A stretch of 64,000 nt of DNA from Octopus vulgaris. Lineage: Eukaryota. The position numbers and the translations under genes were made by a program. The notes under the pieces are model-generated. The model was given only the letters and a program-made list of their open reading frames with translations, ran no database searches and was not told where the DNA came from. Position 1 is the stretch's first letter, and each line of letters starts with the position of its first letter. Location: positions 79,980,001 through 80,044,000 of the forward strand of contig OX597823.1 in NCBI GenBank assembly GCA_951406725.2, written 5' to 3'. Below are positions 56,565 to 64,000 of this stretch, piece after piece.

Positions 56565-57467
56565 GGATAGCTATCTTGATAGCTTAACAAGCTTAATGCC
56601 TAAATAAAGAACACGATATTGATATGGACGGTGACAGAATGAGGAAGTGAATAAACATATAATTAAGCTCTTTTGTATCAATGAGCGACTTGCCCTATCA
56701 CTCCCTCTTCCCTCGCTCTTTGTATATATCTCTCTCACTTTCCTTCTATAAGTCCCTTGCTTGTATCCTTAAGTATTCTCCACCCACCTACCTAACCACA
56801 CACACAAACACACACACACACACATACCCTGTCTCATCTGCCTGCTGTTGACACGTGACCTGTGGCCAGTTTTTTTCTCCATTCTCTCTATCTGCCCTGC
56901 GGTTCGGTTACAAAAGAAACTTCCGGTCGGTCTTGCTATTTACTGTTGTTTACATCCTTCACGATTTTTGTCTAAACGTTACCAACCATTCTTGACGTTT
57001 TGCCACAAGGCCATATTTCGCTCTTTATCGTCTTTCTCCATCGTCTTAAATTACATTTTGTTTTACTTTCGTGTGTCCACACTGGGTCGTTTTGTTTGCT
57101 TGAGGCCCGATTCTCAGCGTCTTTCGCCCCTCAGTTTTGTCATTAAAGGTGCGAAACTGAGTATAACCATTCCTGTTGGTAACAGATGAAGGATTAAGGA
57201 CCCTCTGTGTCTTATGCCTATACGTTTTATATCCATCGTTTATTTACGATGCATTTTTTTCGTTTACTAGAAACGGTACGCAACACACACCAGACGTTTA
57301 TATATATATAGTTCAGACGAAACTCTCGGCCCTTGAGTCACTCTGTTATTTCTGCCATTATTATATGCACACACACACATATTATATATATATATATATA
57401 TATATATTTCGGAATGGTCATATTGCCAGTTTAGCCAATAAAAATCTTGCACAACAAATATTTAAAC

Positions 57468-57601
<134 letters not shown>

Positions 57602-57937
57602 ATGTATGTATGTATGTATGTATGTATGTATACGAGTAAAAAAGCATATACACATGAACAGATAAATAAGCAAACAGACGAACGCACAGATGCTACTGTG
57701 TGTGTTTGTATATGGTTGCGCGTTTCCTGGCATGTTTCCTCCACCGACATGCACTTTTTGCTCTAATGGCCACAGTCAAATGCCGACTTCTCAATTCAGT
57801 TACTCTTTTATCGCTGTGTTTTGCTAATCATATTAATGTGTCTTCTGTTCATTCTATTGCTCTCTGGGAACACGTTTATACGGGGCTAAAACTTCTGAAA
57901 AGCAGGGCACTGGATCGACCAAAGTAAACAATTTACA

Positions 57938-58019
<82 letters not shown>

Positions 58020-58440
58020 CATCCTTCTTTTTCTGATGTGGCAAATTGTGTTTTCAGAAAGGCTTGTCTGTCATTTGTATTTTGTCGACTGACCACCATG
58101 TGGTTCTTTCGTTTGTATATGTAATTTTTAGTGGATGTGTTAATGAATCAGTTCTGCAGAACATTTTCTCAAACATTATACGAAAATGTTTCTGAATGAA
58201 AGGACTGTATATTAAGTAGGACTGGAAGGTGAGCAGCTGTGCTTTTATGTACACATCTAAAACGTATATTTATGTGATGGATATTTTGTTCCAGATGTAT
58301 GAAATTTATTCTAATGTTGGGCGTATTTGAATTTTGAATAAAACCAACAGCTGTTCAGAGTGGAATTATTTCCTGATTATGAAGCTCTGACTTCATGATG
58401 TAAATCTAGCTATGTGAATAACGTATGATCATCTGAAGTA

Positions 58441-59006
58441 TTGGGTTCTCCGGAAAGTTCGTGCCGATTTATAGTAGCCTATCCTTCGACTTATTTTAGA
58501 ACATGGTTGAGTTCATAAAATAGAATTTGACTACACCTCCATTTAGAGCACAGTTTAAGCTATCTTTTCGTGGAAGAAGGTTTATGTTCCTATAACCTGT
58601 GTTAATTTTGTAACCCTTTAAAATGGAATACAAGAAAGTTCATTTTCGGCACTTGATGCTTTGGGAACCAGACAAAAATTGCTGCAGCTCGGCTGGGATG
58701 TGTTATCCCACCCTCCATATTCACCAGATATTGCTCCTTCGGATTTCCACTAATTCAGGTCTCTGCAGAATAGTCTTAATGGTAAAAATTTCAATTCCTT
58801 GGATGACGTAAACAGATACCTTGATGAATTATTTGCCATGAAACCACCTCAGTTCTGGGAAGAGGTTATTTTCAAGTTAAAGGAAAGATGGAGACGCATT
58901 GTGCAACAAAATGTTTCATATTTGGTTGATTAAAAATGTAATGGCAAGTATCTATTGACCGTTTTCTTTCCTTTAAAAATCGGCACTAACTTTCTGGACA
59001 ACCCAA
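58441..59006 (+). mobile_element. Internally deleted mariner with TIRs and TA duplication
   Basis: TA-TTGGGTTCTCCGGAAAGTTCGTGCCGATTT...AAATCGGCACTAACTTTCTGGACAACCCAA-TA; MEYKKVHFRHLMLWE joined to LLQLGWDVLSHPPYSPDIAPSDFH*FRSLQN. Confidence 0.92.
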
Positions 59007-59749
59007 TAGTTATCAGAAATTATAAAACTTAGTTGTTACTGCTTAACTCTTTGTCGCTCAAATTTTGCAGGCGTATGCCCGGTTTCAGCCATTACAACCC
59101 TGCTTTTGTTCCAGATATAGAATGCTGTATACAAGACTATATTATCCAATGTATTTTTACTGTTTATTTGTTTGCCTGAATATAACAGAGCGTATGTGAT
59201 CTGAGAGATTTGGCTGCTATTTATAGGAAATCGAGTGACATCGTTGATGCGCGTAAAACCTAATATTTGGATTGGGTGTGATCGTTTTGTCTGTGTTGTG
59301 TTTATGAGTAGAGGTGAAGCAAGAAACAAAATATATTTTCTTGAGAATTTGATGTTTTGGTATGTTGGGTGAAACAAGGTTGTCGAATTCCCAACACAGG
59401 TTGGTTTAGAGGTCAATGTTTATGGAAGATAAGAATGTCAGATTGAAAATGCTGAATTTGCGTGAAGATAAAGACCCTGTGCACATGGTGAAAGAGAAGT
59501 ATTGTTCATTAGTGGCTTTATGTAGAAATCCTGACAGAACAAACGGACCTAATGTACTAAGAATGAAGGGAAAACTAACTAATATCTAAAACACAGTCGA
59601 AGCAAACGGATCATATGCAATACAGGCAGTGATCCAGAAAATAGGCGAACAGCTGTTTCTGTTTCATTTTTTTTTTCCTATTTTTAAGATGTAGATACCA
59701 TTAAAGATCAAATGCTTTGCTGGTATCGAGGGCCGCGTCTTTGCTTTAA

Positions 59750-59920
59750 TTGGTGGTGGTGGTGATGGTGGTTGTGGTGGTGATGGTGGTGGTGGTGGTG
59801 GTGATGATGTTGGTGGTGGTAATGGTAGTTATGAGGATGATGATGATAATGAGGAGAAGGAGGAAGATATTGAAAGTGATGACGGTGACTATGATAATAT
59901 TAATGATGAGAATGATGAGA

Positions 59921-59966
<46 letters not shown>

Positions 59967-60060
59967 GGATGATGATGATGATGACGACGATGGCGACGAT
60001 ACAGCGACAATGACGACAACAACGATGATGATGCTGATGATGATGACGACAATAACGATA
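59750..60060. repeat. (GGT)n/(GAT)n compound microsatellite
   Basis: Directly visible. Confidence 0.9.
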
Positions 60061-60327
60061 ATAAATATCACAGAATTTTGATAGAAGCCAATATTTTAGA
60101 CCACCGGTTATATTTACTGAGTACTCTTTAAAACATTGAGGGTGACATGATGAATGATGGACTGATAGTTTGTAGGATCTGAAACATTTCTTTAGGGAAA
60201 GTGTACACTCAAGGGAATGCTTACTATAGTGGTTCTCTGCCTTTTTATCAAATAAAAATGTTACTAGACACACGTTACTCTTACTTTTCATAAATATGAA
60301 AACTGAAAAAATTAAACATCTTACTGA

Positions 60328-60435
60328 CTCTCTTTTACTCTTTTATTTGTTTCAGTCATTTGACTGCGGCCATGCTGGAGCACCGCCTTTAGTCGAGCAA
60401 ATCGACCCAAAGACTTATTCTTTGTAAGCCTAGTA
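60328..60435 (-). mobile_element. SINE family A, 3' fragment
   Basis: Tail and 3' domain only. Confidence 0.85.
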
Positions 60436-60940
60436 ACTAGTACAACCATGTCAGCTGTGGAAATAATTATTAATTATATTAATCGATCAGAAAATTATGA
60501 ATAACATGTCGTTCAGTATTTTCTAGCATTCGTATGAATTTTCTAAAGCCTCTAGTTTAATTTTTTTTTAATTCCCCAGCGTACCTAGATGTCCCTTGGG
60601 GGCACAGCAATGCACCACAGTGCCAACAACAGGTTTACTATCTTTAGATAAACAGCCCTAATTTAAAGAATTCGGTAATAATATAAAACAGCAAAGACTG
60701 CTTGAAGATAATGATCAGTATGCTAACACAGCCTATGTTTCCTGGATTTTAACTGACAAAGCAGTTCTTACATGTGAAGGTTACAAATACAGGAAAGAGA
60801 AGAAGGATGTGGGGTAGATTTCAGTTCCTTACGAATTCTTTCTTTCACATCATTTACCACCAACTACAGACGAAATACCGCTAAGCATTTCGCCCGGCGC
60901 GCTAACGTTTCTGCCAGCTCGCCGCCTTACACGCACGCAC

Positions 60941-61031
<91 letters not shown>

Positions 61032-61075
61032 AACACTCACACGCACACATACACATGAATGAACGTACGTGAGTG

Positions 61076-62027
61076 TAAGGCGGCGAGCTGGCAGATACGT
61101 TAGCGCGCCGGGCGAAATGCTTAGCGGTATTTCGTCTGCCGCTACGTTCTGTGTTCAAATTCCGCCGAGGTTGACTTTGCCTTTCATTCTTTCGGGGTCG
61201 ATAAATTAAGTACCAGTTACGCACTGGGGTCGATGTAATCGACTTAATACCTATGTCTGTCCTTGTTTGTCCCCTCTGTGTTTAGCCCCTTGTGGGTAAT
61301 AAAGAAATAGGTATTTCGTCTGCCGCTACGTTCTGTGTTCAAATTCCGCCGAGGTCGACTTCGCCTTTCATTCTTTCGGGGGTCGATTAAATAAGTACCA
61401 GTTACGCACTGGGGTCGATATAATCGACTTAATCCGTTTGTCTGTCCTTGTTTGTCCTCTCCGTGTTTAGCCCCTTGTAGGTTGTAAAGAAATAGGTATT
61501 TCGCCTGCCGCTATGTTCTGAGTTCAAATTCCGCCGAGGTTGACTTTGCCTTTCATTCTTTCGGGGTCGATACATTAAGTACCAGTTACGCACTGGGGTC
61601 GATGTAATCGACTTAATACCTATGTCTGTCCTTGTTTGTCCCCTCTGTGTTTAGCCCCTTGTGGGTAATAAAGAAATAGGTATTTCGTCTGACGCTACGT
61701 TCTGTGTTCAAATTCCGCCGAGGTCGACTTTGCCTTTCATTCTTTCGGCGGTCGATTAAATAAGTACCAGTTACGCACTGGGGTCGATATAATCGACTTA
61801 ATCCGTTTGTCTGTCCTTGTTTGTCCTCTCCGTGTTTAGCCCCTTGTAGGTAGTAAAGAAATAGGTATTTCGTCTGTCGTTGCGTTCTGAGTTCAAATTC
61901 CGCCGAGGTCGACTTTGCCTTTCATCCTCTCGGGGTCGATAAATAAAGTACCAGCTTCGCACTGGGTCGATGTAATCGACTTAATCCCTTTGTCTGTCCT
62001 TGTTTGTCCCCTCTGTGTTTAGCCCCT
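61076..62027 (+). repeat. Tandem array of SINE family B: one head plus five ~185-bp body units
   Basis: Units begin GGTATTTCG near 61127, 61310, 61495, 61679 and 61864; an inverted head copy lies at 60868-60930. Confidence 0.92.
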
Positions 62028-62526
62028 GTGTATGTGCGTATGGGCGAGTGTTTGTATGTGTTTACGAGTACGTGTTTCAATGTATTTGTGAGTAAATGTG
62101 TGCGTGAGTATGTGCGAGTGTGTATCTGTGTTTGTGTTCGCGTGCTTGTAAATGTTTTCATGTCTGTACGTGAGTGTGTGTGTGCGTGCTTGTATGCGCA
62201 TGCGTGTACACTTACGTATTAAAGGCCTAGCTTCTCTTTTCACTTAAACCAGTTATGTTCTGCTGAAAACATCAATGCAACTATGTTTTCTTCAACCTTT
62301 CAACACACAGAACCTTTAAGAATTGTCGATGCATTTTCTTATATAACAAAACGTATTTTAACTACCGAGTCAATGAGTGGATCTCTACGTTATCGCCGCT
62401 CGACTTGCTAGAAATAACAGTCAAATCTCTTCTAAATTACACTAATATCCTAAATAAAAGACACATGAAATGTAACCATGTATACAAAAAGAAGGAAATG
62501 TTATGGTTGGAATGTGTTTGAATATT

Positions 62527-62697
62527 CAGTTCTATATATAAGAGATGAGGAATTATGTACATTATTTACTTTATTTACATTATTTACATTTGACGGATAT
62601 TTGACCTCATCTTGTTTGTTGTTAACACAACGTTTCGGCTAATATATCCTCGGGAAATTTCGAACCTGGGTTCTCATTCCTAAGGTATCTTTCGATG

Positions 62698-62794
<97 letters not shown>

Positions 62795-62905
62795 CATTAT
62801 TATTATCATTCAGGTCACTGCTTGGAATCGGACTTGGAATCTTGGGGTTAGTAGCCCGCGCTCTTAACCACTACGCATATGACCTGAATAATAATAATAA
62901 TAATA

Positions 62906-62966
<61 letters not shown>

Positions 62967-63080
62967 TACCTTAAGAACGAGAACCCAGGTTCGAAATTTC
63001 CCCCAAGACACCTGATGAAGTCTGGAGGGTATATCAGCCGAGACGTGATGAAGACAAATATCCGTAAAAATGTAAATAAT
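62527..63080. mobile_element. tRNA-headed element with (TAA)n and a Penelope-like hammerhead tail (62527-62876, minus), plus an inverted partial copy (62880-63080, plus)
   Basis: Head GCGTAGTGGTTAAGAGCGCGGGCTACTAACCCC...GTCCGATTCC; arms share TGACCTGA(ATA)n...ATACCTTA.GAA.GAGAACCCAGGTTCGAAATTTCCC...AGCCGA.ACGT. Confidence 0.75.
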
Positions 63081-63169
63081 ATCTTTGATTATTGTTTTGC
63101 TTGGCCGATACTGACCTTGGGATAAGCGATGACAACTAAAACAACAAGAATTTTAATATAACATGAACT

Positions 63170-63345
63170 TAAGGCGACGAACTGGCAGAATCGTTACCGC
63201 GCCGGACGAAACGCTTAACAGAATTTCTTCTGAGTTCAAATTCCGACGCGGTTTACTTTGCTTTTCTTTCTTAAGAGCTCGATAAAAATGAGTTGGACGA
63301 TCGATGTAATCGATTTATCCCTTCTCACGAGATTGCCAGCCTTGA
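63170..63345 (+). mobile_element. Old SINE family B copy
   Basis: AAGGCGACGAACTGGCAGAATCGTTA...TTCTGAGTTCAAATTCC. Confidence 0.75.
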
Positions 63346-64000
63346 AACGAATATAACAAGCTATAGTATTTAATTTTATTCACCACTATAAGGCATGGCT
63401 GTATGATTAAGAAAGTGAACACAGTGAAAGCACCCTTCATCAGTTGTCATATATATATATATATATATATGTATTTATGTATATATATATATATATATAT
63501 ATAAGTGTATGTAAACCTGCCTTGTAGACATATATACATGGTAAATTTCTCCGTAAATTATAAAAAAATTGACGAACAACCTAAATCGATTCTGAAACCT
63601 TAATTTGTTCTCACTGGAGGTGTCTACATCACTTAACCAACCCCAAAGAAGAAATACGTAGTCATTCTGTTTATAGACACAACAAATCCACTAGTTTCAG
63701 AGAACTGAAGCTACTAACCTGCATAGTGTATTTAGCGATTTATTTAATATCAGCGATCTGTCAACAGGGATCTTATCTCACCCACAGGTAGTATATACAC
63801 AAACCAAGGGAGTAGACAAACAAATATATAACAAATATGTATGTGTCCATGCGTGTTTCTTTGTGTCTGTGATTGTCCACCCCTTCAACACCGCTTGATG
63901 AACGAGGCTGGTTTGTTTGTATCCCACTAGCTTAGCAGATCGGCAAAAGTGACCAGATTTAAAAACCAAAAATTAAGAAGAAAAAAGCGTAAGTATAAGG

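Noticed and set aside
61076-62027. CRISPR-like periodic array
   Set aside because: Units are full ~185-bp SINE bodies with no unique spacers, in eukaryotic DNA

Overview
AT-rich, repeat-saturated animal genomic DNA, most consistent with a coleoid cephalopod (Octopus-like) intron or intergenic region; the taxon is inferred from the SINE families and the very high microsatellite load. No host protein-coding gene can be identified with confidence, and nearly all supplied ORFs are translations of (TA)n, (CA)n, (TACA)n, (GATA)n, (TAA)n or SINE sequence. The window contains three tRNA-headed SINE families (labelled A, B and C here), a 5'-truncated R4/Dong-type RLE retrotransposon inside a (TAA)n tract, three mariner relics, several non-autonomous Helitrons, and hAT/LINE debris. 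The most interesting signal is a set of about ten minimal type-I hammerhead-ribozyme-like motifs in at least five unrelated short Penelope-like element families. They often lie in inverted repeats or (TA)n tracts and carry recurrent non-canonical core bases (U4C, A6Y); one family also has a tRNA-derived head. All alignments were made by eye and boundaries are approximate.
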